A program made the translations under genes and the position numbers. From assembly GCF_009914755.1 (NCBI RefSeq), contig NC_060947.1: DNA of 64,000 bases; one strand, 5' to 3'. The DNA comes from the human T2T-CHM13v2.0 reference genome, Homo sapiens. Numbering within the stretch: the first letter of the stretch is position 1; every line of letters starts with the position of its first letter. A model generated the notes under the pieces. The model was not told the origin of the DNA and did no database searches. It saw nothing but the letters and a program-made list of their open reading frames with translations. Positions 1-34,239 of this stretch are shown here, piece after piece.

Positions 1-955
1 GTTGCTAAAATTCACCTATTGGACCAAACTAAGGTTGGTACTTGGCTGTTTGTTCCCCATCTGAGCCTAAGTCTCCAGCTCAGACACATCTCTTTATGGG
101 CACAACTGGGAACAACAAAATGGCAACAGTTCTACAGCTCATAATATAACCAGTCTGAAGGGTTCCCCTACTCACAGACCCCTTCATTTACTGGGAGTTA
201 AGCCTCACTGCTAAATAATATATTTTGAAACTGGAAAACTGGGCATGCTGCCTTCCACAATACACCACTATACTCATGATTGCAGGAGGGTGGCTTGGGG
301 ACTAGGGGCAATGACACGGGAAGGATACAATCATTGCCCTTACTTATCTTTGATCTTCTTCCCATCCTCACACTGAATAATCACTTGTTCCTACCTTCCC
401 TGTGAACCTCTCTTGCCTGGCTGCAAAATTTTAAGACACCAAAGACAAAATTACATTATGCTCTGAGTGATTACTTACAAGTACATCAGAATATTTACTT
501 ACATAGAAAAGCACTGGAAAGGAGGAACACAAAATATGAAAGACAATTGATATGGTACTGAAATTTTTCTTTTTTAACTGTTAGATATTTGTGCAATAAA
601 TAAAAAAGGAGGGAAAACCATATCAGAGCAATAGGCAAGGAGGTGGCAAACTAGATAAGTCTCCTTGGAGAACAAAAAATATATTTAAAATACAATAGCC
701 CTACTACAACTGATTTATGGCTCAGGTGACTAAACACAATTTGAAGCAGTAACAACACTCATAAGCTGAAAATAAAATACTTTTAGCCCTTTTATTCTTC
801 TTGCCTCTTTCCCAAAGAATATGCCAATGAAGCTGTTCTTGATGTCACAATATTCATATATCGCAGAATTTCTGCATTTAAACTACCTTGCCTACTGAAA
901 ATAAGATAATCATTTCATCTCTAGGAACCAGTAACCAAAAAAAAAATGTCCTTAG

Positions 956-4175
<3,220 letters not shown>

Positions 4176-4199
4176 TAAAGTTATATCAATAAGCAGCTT

Positions 4200-4205
4200 T
4201 TTATT
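4200..4205 (-). terminator. Proximal polyadenylation signal AATAAA of NKAP
   Basis: TTTATT on + strand, ~140 nt past the stop codon. Confidence 0.7.
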
Positions 4206-4345
4206 GAAGGACTGAAAGAATTAAATAGAAGGCACAGTAGCACTGTAAAGCTTTCTCAGAACATAATAATCTTTTTCTATGTATGTGTGGAACCCAGACT
4301 TTCTTTTTTGTTGTTAAAAATGTCTTCTGGACAATCAGAAAATCT

Positions 4346-4543
<198 letters not shown>

Positions 4544-4679
4544 TTAATTTCTCAGTAATTATTTTCATAGTACATCATCATTAATCCTTTCTTACCCAGA
4601 GTGGTCTATTTAACAGCTGACAAAAATTGAAATGGGTTAAATTTCCAAAAGATCATTTATTAATATTTTAGCTGCCTGA

Positions 4680-8750
<4,071 letters not shown>

Positions 8751-9107
8751 TGAAGACAAACTTGTAACCAGGAAACACTGTCTTGTGAAAATATTTTCCT
8801 AACTGCCACATTCCTCATGGGGCAGTGATAAATAGCTGAATTTAACTATATCCTCCAGTGGATAAAATATCTGTAAGCAAATACCAACTAGGAAAGGACA
8901 TTAGGAAGATTGATTCTTTGAAGTCAGAGATATAGCTGAGTTTGAGGCTGAGTTGCATATATACTTGGAATTGCAGAAAACCATGTTATACTAACAACAC
9001 TAATATCAAACCAATATTTATACTCTACTTTTCATAAGAAACAGTCACTTAATGAAAATCAATTACCAAAATATAATTCTGGTAGTAAAAAAGAAGAAAA
9101 AGATCTA

Positions 9108-9329
<222 letters not shown>

Positions 9330-9663
9330 TCATCTTAATATTAAAAGCTTATAATCTAAAGAGAGCACCAAAAATCCCCACATTTTCTCTCAAACAAGAG
9401 TAGGAATAACAGTGCTCAGCAGTAGTGTGCTAGGAAGCTCAATGTGAATTGCTTTATCCTAATTAGTGTATTAAACATTGCATTGCACTATGACCTATAC
9501 AACTAACCCAGAAATGCAGAAATATTTTGAAAGAAAAGAACTGCTGTGAGTATAGATTCACAGTTTACAATTATGGATTAATTTATCCCTACAGGTATTG
9601 TCATTACTGGTTCTGGCTCCAGCTGATTCCCTTTCCCTTTTTCCCTTAAAAAATCCAAAGTAT

Positions 9664-10650
<987 letters not shown>

Positions 10651-11060
10651 CTGCTGGTAAAAAAAGAAAAAAGAGAAAAAAAGGAATAAAAAATTCTGTG
10701 AGGATCAAAGAGAAACAGAAATCACACCTACTTGTGGAGGGGAAGTATTGGGAATCAGCATATGCATCTCCTTTTGAAAAGGGCTTCGAAGGATAGTAAG
10801 GATTTTAACAGGAAGAAACTGGCGATAGGGAAGAAAACAGAGGGCAGGGAAAAGAAGGGAAGGCATACTGGATGAAGAAATAAGCTGAACATGGCATAAA
10901 AGTTGCAAAGTGCACATTAAGCCCAGGGAATATTTAGTAGTCCAGCTCAGCTGGAACCTGGAGTAGAAATAAGGGAATAGAGTCAGATAAGCTTGGCAAG
11001 GTAAGTTAGAACCAGACTTTTTGGTAGGTACTTTAGATATTATAAACACACTGCTGCTTA

Positions 11061-11183
<123 letters not shown>

Positions 11184-11221
11184 TTACTTTAATGTTTCAT
11201 CTGTTCTGAGTTAGTCTATCA

Positions 11222-11353
<132 letters not shown>

Positions 11354-11638
11354 TTAATTTGATACAAATTCACTTAATCTTCCTATGTTAGAGGGCATCT
11401 TAATTTTTCTTTTCTTTTTAAATTTTGAACTGGTGACTATACATCTTAATTTTTCAAGGCAAAGAAAGGTGACAATAAAATGATCTGAATTCCCAGCTTA
11501 TTCAAACTTACAAGATAATTTTACTTAAAAAAATCTGCTTCTAACTGAACCTGGGAAACAGAGCAAGACCCCGTCTCTATTAAAAAAAAAAAAAAGTAGC
11601 TGGGTGTGATGGCACACATCTGTAGTCTAAGCTATTCA

Positions 11639-11773
<135 letters not shown>

Positions 11774-11838
11774 TTATTTAACCAAATCATCTTTTGCTAT
11801 AAAAATTATCACTAAAGGAGGCTGGGTGTAGTGTTTCA

Positions 11839-12210
<372 letters not shown>

Positions 12211-12983
12211 TTATGAATAATTTTATGTGTAATGGATTAAAATATGTCAAATATGTTTAAATCCTTGGGTTAATAATACTTTTTAAAAATCCAATTCATT
12301 ATTTGAAAAGTCATTAAAACAAAAAAAATCAAGCAATTATCCTGCTCTTACAATATAAACTATATTTCAGGGTATCTAAATAGTTGATGAGGGTAAGTTT
12401 CTCTTATAGAATCATTCTGCCTAATAAATGAAGGATAAAGCCAGGATTAGACTATCACCATTTTACAACCCCTAATGAAATAATGGATCGAGATAATGAC
12501 CATCAATGGCTGTTAATATGACAAAAAGTGACAACCAGACATTATTTGCCTCCTGACAGTAAACAGCACCACTTATGAAGTATTCTTGCCCCAACTCAAA
12601 TCTGAGCCTTCTCAGGCCTCTAGACCTATTAATCTATTGGAAATACAGAGGACAGAACATGCCAAAGAATACCATAAGAATACGGTCACTGCAATTTAGG
12701 GACATTATTTGGATCCTGATTGGAATAAACTACAGAAAAAACTGCTGAGAATAGAGGAATTATTATTAAATGTTTTAGGCACAATAATAGCATTCTGGTT
12801 ATGGGTTTTTGTTTTTTTTTTAAATATAGAGACAGGATCTCGCTATGTTGCCCAGGCTGGTATTGAACTCCTGGGCTCAAGCGATCCTCCTGCCTGGCCT
12901 CCCAAAGTGCTGAGATTACAGATATGTGCCACTGTGCCTGGCCAGTTTTTTGTTTTGTTTTGTTTTAAAGAATGCCTATCTTT

Positions 12984-13087
12984 GTGAACCCGGGAGGCGG
13001 AGCTTGCAGTGAGCCGAGATCGCGCCACTGCACTCCAGCCTGGGCGACAGAGCGAGACTTCATCTCAAAAAAAACAAAACAAAACAA
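12984..13087 (+). mobile_element. 5'-truncated AluY (3' part of right arm only)
   Basis: GGAGCTTGCAGTGAGCCGAGATCGCGCC; 17-bp TSD AAAGAATGCCTATCTTT at 12967-12983 and 13088-13104. Confidence 0.85.
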
Positions 13088-13191
13088 AAAGAATGCCTAT
13101 CTTTTAGAGAAAGGTACTGAATTGCTTATGGATGGAATGATATCTGAGATTGGGTCCAAAATAAATGATGGATGGCAGATACTGCCCATGA

Positions 13192-13341
<150 letters not shown>

Positions 13342-13619
13342 TGAGGTCAGGAGTTCGAAACCAGCCTGGCCAACATGGTGAAGCCCCATCTCTACTAAAA
13401 ACACAAAAATTAGCCAGGCATGGTGGTGGGTGCCTATAATCCCAGCTACTCGGGAGGTTGGGACATGAGAATCGCTTGAACCTGGGAGGCGGAGGTTGTA
13501 GTTAGCTGACATCGAACCACTGCACTCTGTTGCCTGACAGAGTGAGACTCTGTCTCAAAAAAAAAAAAAAAAAAAAAAAAAGAAAAGAAATTTTCCATAA
13601 TAAAACTTAAAAAACTGAC

Positions 13620-13683
13620 GATCTGTGTTTCTTCTTCTTTTCCTTTTTCTTGGCTTTCTTTGCTCTCCTTTTGTTATCTTCAT
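13620..13683 (-). CDS. NKAP: NKAP exon 5 (EDNKRRAKKAKKKEKKKKHRS)
   Basis: Acceptor TTGCAG|AT, donor TC|GTCAGT; 64 nt. Confidence 0.94.
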
Positions 13684-15381
13684 CTGCAAATTAAAGCACA
13701 TTACAATTAAGAAAAAAATTTTTTAACTCTAAAACCGTAGTACTTTTGAGTAGGTAACTATCCTATTGCTGTCCCATTTATTGTTACAAAGAAATTACCT
13801 CATTGAAACATTTATTGCTATTTGTCACGAACTGTAGGGAGGTACTATGAACATAGAAATTAAAGTCACTAGGTTTTGATGATATAGGGTATTATTATTA
13901 ATTTTATTGTGTGAGATAGTGTGGTGGCTAATTAGGAAAATGCCTCTTTTTACGGGATGCATACAGAAATATTTAGGGTGGAAGTGTGATGATATTTGTA
14001 ATTAACTTTGACTATCTCAGTGAAAAACCCATATTTGAAGCAAATATGTAAAAATACCAACAACTGCCAAATCTAGGTGATTAAGTATATGGTATTAATT
14101 ATACTATTCTCTTCGCTTTTCTGAATATTTAAATATTTTTGTGATAAAAAGGGAAAGAAAACTATGTGTGTGTTGGAGAGGGGAGAGAGAATCCTTTCCT
14201 GGAGCTCAGTCTAATGGAGGAGACAGATAGGTAAAGAGATCAATACAATCTGGAATGATAGAGGGAAGCTTGGGGAACCTGGACACACAGAGGAGTCTCA
14301 AAATCAGACTGATTTGAGGAGGGTGGCTGAGGAATGGTTGATCAGGAAAGGTGACTCTTAAAGTAGTTCTTTGATTACAAAAGTAATGCATGCCCATTGG
14401 TGCAATGAGTAAACCAAGCTGGATGGAGGGAGAGACTGGCATTGTAGGCAGAGGGCCTCTCTACCAAGTAACAAGAGAAAGAACATGGAATACTGAGGAG
14501 ACAGAAAGTAGTTTTCAGATTACAGAGGATGTTGCAAGAGAGTGTAACAGGGTATATGTGATTAGAGAGAAATGAGTCAGGGTCTGAACTTTACCCTGAA
14601 GGCTATGGAGTGCTATTGAAGGATTTTAAGTAGGTATTTGGTGTATAGGGTATTATTACTAATTTTATTGTATGAGATAGTGTTGTAGTTAAGTATAAAA
14701 ATGCCTCTTTTTAAGTGTTGCATACAGAAATATTTGAAAGTTCTGTCTTCGAGCACTGAGGAAGAGAAGTGACAGGGAGGGCCAGGAAACTTCGGCGATA
14801 TCAGAGGAAGGTGAATCTTTGTGTAATGTGTTAACCTCAGAGGAGGCACCTTCTGGTCAATCATCAGCCAGGAGAGAGTACAAAAAGGAGACTCTTTGTG
14901 ATGCACTACCCCAGATAGGGTGCCTTCCACAAATAGGCAGCCAGCATGAAGTAGGCACTTTATGGCATACCTTTTTGAAAACTGTAGAGGTGCTCATTGG
15001 GCATGAGAATTAAACAAAAGAGCCCTTCCACTGGGCCGATGCAGCCCTGTAAGGCTTACTTTGGTACAGCCCAACCCCCTGACTTGGTCTGGTGCCATGT
15101 GCCTTGTACACTTTGCACAACCAATCCCAATCCGGAGTCAGATTGCTTAGGTTTGAATCCAAACTGTGTGACCTTAGGGATAGTACTTATAACCTGCTCT
15201 GTCTCCATTTCCTCATCTATAAGATGTACCCTACAGTTATTGTATGGATTAAATGGCAATAATAAATATAAAGCACTTATTGGGGTACCTGGCACAAGGT
15301 TAGCAAGTGTTCAAAAACTCTTCAGTATTATTATTGTTTTCAGGAACCTTCTTCTAAAATAAGTTTTAAGAAGTAAAACTA

Positions 15382-15657
<276 letters not shown>

Positions 15658-15737
15658 TCAACTATTTACAAACTGATTTTTTTAAATCTCTCAATAAAAT
15701 AGCTTGTATTTTAAAAATACCCTTTTTTTAAAAATAC

Positions 15738-15808
15738 CTTCTGAAGTAGAAGCTGAAGTAGTGCTTTTCTTTGGCTCTTCATCCTCCACTGGTGTATGTT
15801 CATCAGAA
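15738..15808 (-). CDS. NKAP: NKAP exon 3 ([23 protein letters not shown])
   Basis: Acceptor TTCAG|T, donor G|GTATT; 71 nt. Confidence 0.96.
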
Positions 15809-16454
15809 CTGAATTTAAATAAAATGGTTATAAGAATTAGGAAAGTGATGAGATATGGACCATGGAGTGTAAAGATATGAACTCCAAATTTTTCAGTAAC
15901 AGCATCGATTGTCCAAGAACCATTAAAAGCAAGCATTGGAGATCCTAAGGCAGAACTTGGGAATCAAAAAAACCAAAACAACAACAAAGCAAGCACTGAA
16001 CTACTTTCATAAACGTGCAGTTCAAGGGTCTACCATCTTTGTAATAATAAAATAACTTATCATTTGCATAACACTTTAGAGTTTACATAGTACTATTTAA
16101 ACAAAGCAGCATGGAGGATTTATATTTTCACAAGAAACCACAGGGAAAAAGTAGAGAAACAGGAACCATAGGAAAGATTAAAGAAACTGGGTATAAGAAG
16201 GCTGAAGAAAGACTTTATAATTTTATTTTAAGCACGTAAAAGACAAATGGTAAAGCAGCAACTGTTCTGTCTCCTCAGAGCAAAAACCTAACAAACTACA
16301 GTCTAAAGAGATGTTGTTCTGTTGCAGAGAATTCTGAAAATGAGTATTATTCAAATTCTACAATAGTTTAGAAAAGGAGTTTCCACATCATATAATCTTT
16401 TCCTCTGAAGATCATACTTGGAGTAATTTAAATATTATCTAGAAAATTATTTTG

Positions 16455-21620
<5,166 letters not shown>

Positions 21621-22199
21621 CCCAAGCTATGCATTTTTCCACTCCAATACTCACTTTGATTAGAGATCTAGTCTCATCCTGGCGTCATTTTTCGAGGTCA
21701 AGACTGAGACCACTTAACAAGACCTTCCTCAAAGTGGGGTCATCTATAGCTTATCAGATCACTTTTCCTACATGCATCTAATCGTCTTGTCTGAGGGGAA
21801 GGTTTATTTCCTCTCCAACTTAAACCCTTGATTTCATTCCTTCCTAATTCCCCACAAAACGTTTCTACATAAATATCCTGTTATCTCAGACCTGTAAGTT
21901 CCTTCATTCAACAAGCAATGGTTGAGCGCCTATAAAGTACCAGGCACTTAGAATTCTGTGATCAGAATTCTCCTCCGTTCACTGGCTCCTCCTTTCCATG
22001 AGCTCAGTCTAGTGGGGAATACAAATATATTCACGAATGATAATGACACAACCAGGTAAATGCTACAGTTCTGGTAGGTCTGAACTCTCGGCAATATTCG
22101 CTAACAAGACAGGAGGCGGAAGGGGGTAGCGGGAGACCAGGGCACTATATGAAGGGGCCTGAGGGTAAGGGAAAATGAAAAGGACGAATAAAGGGTTGT

Positions 22200-23400
<1,201 letters not shown>

Positions 23401-23429
23401 GTCTCCACCAATATGCCCCAGCAAAAGGA

Positions 23430-27065
<3,636 letters not shown>

Positions 27066-28660
27066 GATCCATTCTCTACAGGAATTAAACCATTTGTGTG
27101 TTATGGGATATGGAGGTATTCAGCTTCCATTCACTACTCCTCTTCAAAGTCTGAGACTCTGCAGCTGTCTGGGCAGGTGCATGGCTAACACCCAGCGGAC
27201 TGAGGCAGGGATCTGGGTTGTGGAAATGGAATTTAAGGAGTGGTTGTTAGGGGGACTCTTGTAGTTTGTGTCCATTTGAATTTGAGGATGCTTTCCAATT
27301 ATGCCAACAATTGTTTTAGAGACTGCGAGATTAAAACAATGTTTTTAATCACTAACCTCTTTTGAAAGAATTTGCAGGATCAAAACCCGAACTACATAAT
27401 TTCTAAAAAGAATTTTCTTTTAGAATACTTCTTAGTCAATACAGACCTGTGATCCCTGATAACTTAACTGGCGTGCTGGCTTTGTCAGTTCCTCTAACAC
27501 CTCACTTATCTGCATTTCTTCTCTGATAATGAATTGCTACTACTTCTACAGGAAGAAATTGGATGATATTAGGCCCCTAAATATGGAAAATTTCGCACTC
27601 TTGGGTTAGCCTATTTGAATCTCACATTGGAAAGACTGTCATAAATGGAGAACTGTTTCTAATTTGACTCCACTAGGAGGAGCTGTATCTACCAACAGGT
27701 AGAAATATGGCTGGAACTTGCAGGTGTGTTCTGAGGACCAAAAGCACAGGATAAAATAAGTGATGTGACCATTCTAGGATATATTCGAGCTAAAGATCGT
27801 GTGTGCTCATGCGCACCCAAAAGATAGAGAGAGGAACATTGAATGAAGCAGAGCTCAGTGCTAGACATGGATGGAGAATTTGAGTGCTCTGCTGCCCACC
27901 GGGTCCCTAGGGGACTAGGATGTTAGCCAGGGGGCGAGGCCGCCCCAAAACTTGGCCAAACAACTGATATCCTAAAGCACAGCCAATAATCACAATAGAC
28001 ACAATAGTTGTGTCACAGATTCCAAATACAATTGAACAGCTTCCAGTTTGCGTCTATGTGAGAAGGGGCAAAAAAGGGAAAGAGGGTTGATCACAGAGAG
28101 AAGTAAGATATAACCCTCTGTTCCTGTGTTGCTTAACTCCAATTAACTGACATTCCTTATTTGCAGTATCTAGAGTACAAAACTTTGGTGCTGATAGTGA
28201 GAAATCAACGTGCCGCACATTTGCTATTCCTGTAAGGGCAAATGTTAAATATGGGACTGTGGCATTTGATTCCCTCATGCTCCCCCCTTCTTTTCCTCCT
28301 CCTTCCCTTCTGTCCCTTCCCCCTCTCTTCCTGTAGCTTTAAAAATGAAAGAACAGGACTTCCTCAGAATGCAGTTTTGCAAAATTTAAACACTACATGA
28401 AGTACTCGTATCTATTATCGGATAAGCCATGCCAATAAACTGAAAACCCAAAATAGGCACACCCTGAAAACATTGGACTCAGTGAGCAGAGATGCTAGCT
28501 GTAGTCATGCTTTGATCTTGCCTTGTTTTTTTTTTTAATTAATAGACTTTATTTTTAAGAGCAGTTTTAGGTTTACAGAAAAATGGAGCAGAAAGTACAG
28601 AGCTCCCATATACTCCCCCTGCCCTGCCCCACTCCACCTCCACAGTTTCCTCTATTATGA

Positions 28661-29026
<366 letters not shown>

Positions 29027-29307
29027 TAATTGATGAACGAATTTCGATATATGATAATTAACTAAAGTCTGTAGTTTACATTAGGGTTCATTCTTTGTGT
29101 TCTACTTTCTATGGATTTTGCCAAATGCATAATGTCATGTACCTACCATTACATCATCATACAGAGCAGTTTCACTACCTTTAAAATCTCTCTGTGCTCT
29201 ACCTATTCATCCTTCCTTCCTTACCCTCTCCCTTCTTCCCTGCCAAACTTCTGGAAACTGCTGATCTTTTTACTGTCTCTACAGTTGTACTTTTTCTAGA
29301 ATGCCAT

Positions 29308-29601
29308 AGTATTAGTCAGGGTTCTCTAGAGGGACAGAACTAATTATATATATACATATATATGTGTGTGTATATATGTATACATATATTGTATATGTGT
29401 GTATATGTATACATATATTGTGTATATACACACATATACAATATATGTGTATGTATACTATATGTATATATAGTATATATGTATATATGCTGTATATGTA
29501 TATATATACTATATATGTATATACATATATATTAGCAGTAGAACTAATAGTACTATATATATGCTATTAGTAGAACTAATAGCATTAGTAGAACTAATAG
29601 C

Positions 29602-29633
<32 letters not shown>

Positions 29634-30022
29634 GGAGTTTATTAAGGAGTATTGACTCACATGATCACAAGGTGAGGTCCCACAGTAGGCTGTCTATAAG
29701 CTGACGAGCAAGGAGCCTACTCCAAGTCCCAAAGCTGAAGAACTTGGAGTCTGATGTTCAAGGGTAGGAAGCATCCAGCACAGGAGAAAGATGTAAGCCA
29801 GAAGATTAAACCAGTCTAGTCTGTTCTTCTGCCTGCTTTTATTCTGGCCCCCTGGCAGCTGATTAGATGGAGCCCACCCTGACTGAGGGTGGGTCTGCTT
29901 CTCCCAGTCCACTGACTCAAATGTTAATCTCCTTTGGCAACACCCTCATGGACACACCTAGGAACAATACTTTGGAACATTCTTCAGTGCGATCAATTTG
30001 ACACTCAGTATTAACCATCACA
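29308..30022 (-). mobile_element. MLT2A-type ERVL solo LTR with internal (TA)n expansion
   Basis: Ends GTATTAGTCAGGGTTCTCTAGAGGGACAG and TATTAACCATCACA; 5-bp TSD GCCAT at 29303-29307 and 30023-30027. Confidence 0.85.
29345..29633. repeat. (TA/TG)n microsatellite
   Basis: Imperfect TATATG repeats inside the MLT2 LTR. Confidence 0.9.
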
Positions 30023-30666
30023 GCCATATATTTGCAATCAGACTGGCTTCTTCCACTTGGCAATGTGCATTTCACATTCCTCCATGTCTTCTTGTGACTT
30101 GACAGTTCATTTCTTTTTAGTGCTGAATAATATTCTATTGTATGGATACACCACAATTTGTATATCTATTCACCTATTGCAGGACATCGTGATTGTTTCC
30201 AAGTTTTGGCAATTATGTATAAATCTGCTATAAACATTTATGTGTAGGTTTTTGTGCAGATATATGTTTTAACCTTACTTGGGTACATACCTAGAGGTGT
30301 GATTACTGGATCATATGGTAAGACGATGTTTAGCCTTGTAAGAAACTACCAAACTGTCTTTGAATGTGGCTGAACCATTTGGCATTCCCACCAGCAATGA
30401 ATGAAAATTCTTGTTGGTCTACATTCTTGTCAGCATTTGGTGCTGTCAGTATTGTGGATTTTGGCCATTCTAATAGCTGTGTAGTGGTATCTCATTTTAA
30501 TTTTCAATTTGCAAACTACATATGATGTTGAACATCTTTTCATGTGCTTGTTTGCCATGTGTATGTCTTCTTTTGGTTCACATCTTTTTAATTGGGTTAT
30601 TTTCTTATTGTTGAGTTGAAGAGTTCCTTGTGTATTGTGGATACAAGCCTTTTATATGTATTTTGA

Positions 30667-30876
<210 letters not shown>

Positions 30877-33130
30877 TAATTTTTGTATTTTTAGTAGAGA
30901 CAGGGTTTCACCATATTGGCCAGGCTGGTCTTGAACTCCTGACCTTGTGATCTACCTGCCCTGGCCTCCCGAAGTGCTGGGATTACAGTCATGAGCCACT
31001 GCGCTCAGCCCCATTCTCTTAATGATGTTTTTTGTAGGACAGATGTTTTTAATCCTAATGAAGTCCAAGTTATCAATTTTTTTTTCATGGAATATTCTGT
31101 TTGCTTTTTACCTAAAAACTTATTGACAAACCCCAAGTCACCCAGATTTTTTCATATGTTATCTTCTTGAAGTTTTATAGCTTTACATTAATTTTTTTTT
31201 TTTTTTGAGACGAAGTCTCGCTGTGTTGCCAAGGCTGGAGTGCAGTGGCGAGATCAGGGCTCACTGCAATCTCCACCTCCTGGGCTCAAGCAATCCTCCA
31301 CCTCCGCCTTCTGAGTAGCTGGGACTACAGGCAGGCGCCACCATGCCTGGCTAATTTTTTTTTTCTTTTGGTAGAGACAGGGTTTTGCCATGTTACCTAG
31401 GCTGGTCTCAAACTCCTGAACTCACGAGATCCAGCCGCCTCAGCCTCTGAAATTGCTGGGATTTCAGGTGTGAGACACTGCACCTGGCCTAGTTTTACAT
31501 TTTATATTTAAATCTGTGATCCATTTTGAGTTACTCTTTGTGAAAGGTGTAAGATTCATTTTTTTGCATGTAGCTGTCCAGTTTTTCCAGCACCATTTGT
31601 TGAGAAGACTATCCTTTCTCCATTGGATTGCCTTTGTTCCTTTATCAAAGATCAGTTAACTATATTTGTGTGGGCCTATTTCTGAGCTGTCTGTTATGTC
31701 TCATCAATCTATTCTTTCACCAATACCCCACTGTCTAGATTACTGTAGCTTTATAATAGTAATGTCTTGTTGTTGGGAAATGTCAGTCCTCTCACTTTAT
31801 TCTTATTCTTGAGAATTAATTTGGCAATTTCTGGGTCATTTGATTTTTTATATAAACTTTAAAATCAGTTAGTTGACTTCCACAAAATGATTTGCAGGGA
31901 TTTTGATGGGAATTGCATTCAGTCTACAGGTCAAGTTGGGAAGAAGTGACATCTAAACAATATTGAGTCTTCCTATTCGTGAACATAGAATCTCTCTTCA
32001 TGTATTTATTTATTTTTATTAAATTTTTTACCTTGCAGCTCAAAGGATCTCCATTTAGATCTTTGATTTATTTCATCAGAGTTTTGTAGTTCTCTGCATA
32101 TAGATATTGAGATATAACACATATTTTGTTATGTTATACCTAAGTATTTAATTTTTTGGTGCTAATATAAATGGTATTGTGTTTTTAATTTCAAATTCCA
32201 GTTGCTCATTGCTGACATATAGGAAGATGATTGACTTTTGTATATTAACCTTGTGTCCTACAATCTTGCTATAATTGCTCATTAGTTTCAGGAGTGTTAT
32301 TTTTTATTGTTGTTAATTCCTTCGGATTTTCTACACATATAATCATGTCATCTGTGAATAAGGACAATTTTATTTTTTTCCTCTCAGTTCATATACTGTT
32401 TATTTTATTTTATTTTATTATTGCATTAGGCAGGACTTCCAGGACAATTGTGAATTGGAGTGGTGAGAGGTGATGCCTTTGCCTTGTTCCTGATCTTAAG
32501 GGGAAAACATCTAGTTTCTCACCATTAAGTGTAATGTAGGCATTTTTAGATGTCCTTATCATGGTGAGGAACTTACTCTCTCTTCCTGGGTTTCTGAGAG
32601 TTCTTAACATGAATGGGTGTTGGATTTTGTCAAATGCTTTTTTCTGCATCTGTTGATATGATCATGTTATTTTTCTTCTTTAGCTTGTTAATGTGATGGG
32701 TTACATTAATTGGTTTTCAAATGTTGAACCACCTTTGCATGCGTGAAATAAATTCCACTTAGTTGTGGTGTATAATTTTTTTGTATACATTGCTGAATTT
32801 GATCTAACATTTTGTTGAAGATTTTACATCTATGTTCATGAGAGATGTTCATTTGTGGTTTTCCTTGCTTGTAATGCATTTGTCTGATTTTGATATTTGG
32901 GTAATGCTAACCTCAGAGGATGAGTTAGGACGTATTTCCTATGCTTCTATTTTTTAGAACAGATTGTAGAGAATTAGTATAATTTCTTCCTTAAATGTTT
33001 GGTAGAATTCCCCAGTGAAACTATCTTGGCCAGGTGCTTTCTGTTCTGGAAGATTATTGATTCAATTAAAAATACATATAGATGTTGAGATTGTCTGTTT
33101 CTCCTTGTGTGAGTTTTAGTAGATTGTATC

Positions 33131-33489
33131 TGTTGGGAGAAAAGCTGAGTGTAGGGAGAAAAGCTGAGTGTAGGGAGAGAAGCTGAGGCAGGGCTTGCAT
33201 GTCTGCTAGACTTGCTGGCTCCTTACTTCTAGCACTCCCATTATCCCAAGTAGCCATATGTTTTTCATTCACTTGATACACTGTTTCCTTTCAACCCCCA
33301 CATCCTCACCACCTGTTTCTTTGAGCACTAATAAATAGCGTGGGCTCCCAGAGCTCAGGGCCTTTGCAGCCTCCACACTTGTGATGGCCCCCGGTCCCAC
33401 TTTCTCTCAAACTGTCTTTTTCTCAATCCTTTGACTCCACTGGACTTCATCGTCCCCACAACCTGGTGTTGGGTCTGATCATCCCAACA
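33131..33489 (+). mobile_element. ERVK-class solo LTR (LTR14A-like)
   Basis: TGTTGGG...CCCAACA termini; 5-bp TSD GTATC at 33126-33130 and 33490-33494. Family name from memory. Confidence 0.7.
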
Positions 33490-34025
33490 GTATCTTTCAA
33501 GGAATTGGTCCATTGCATCTAAGTTATTAAATTTGTGGCCATAAAGTTTTGCAAAATATTCCTTTCTCATCATTTTAATGTCCATGAGATCGGTAGTAAT
33601 GACCTCTCTTTCATTTCTGATATTAGAAATTTGTTTCTGGGCATGGTGTCTCATGTCTGTAATCCCAGCACTTTGGGAGGCTGAGGCAGAAGATCCCTTG
33701 AGCACAAGAGTACAAGTTTACAGTCAGCCTATGATTGCATCACTGCACTCTAGCCTGGGTGACAGAGCAAGACTTTTGTCTTCCGCCAAAAGAGGAAAAA
33801 AAATTATGTTTTGTCTCTTTTTTCCCTTGGTTACCCTGACTTGATATTTACCGATTTTGTGATCTTTTCAAAGAGCCAACTTTTGGTTTTGTTGCTTTTC
33901 TTGTTTTCTGTTTTAAATTTCCTTGATTTTTGCTCTGAGTTTTTATTCCATTTTTTCTTCTGCTTTCTTTTCATTCAATTTACTCTTCTTTCTCTAGTTT
34001 CTTAAGGTTGAAGTTTAGATTATGA

Positions 34026-34239
<214 letters not shown>

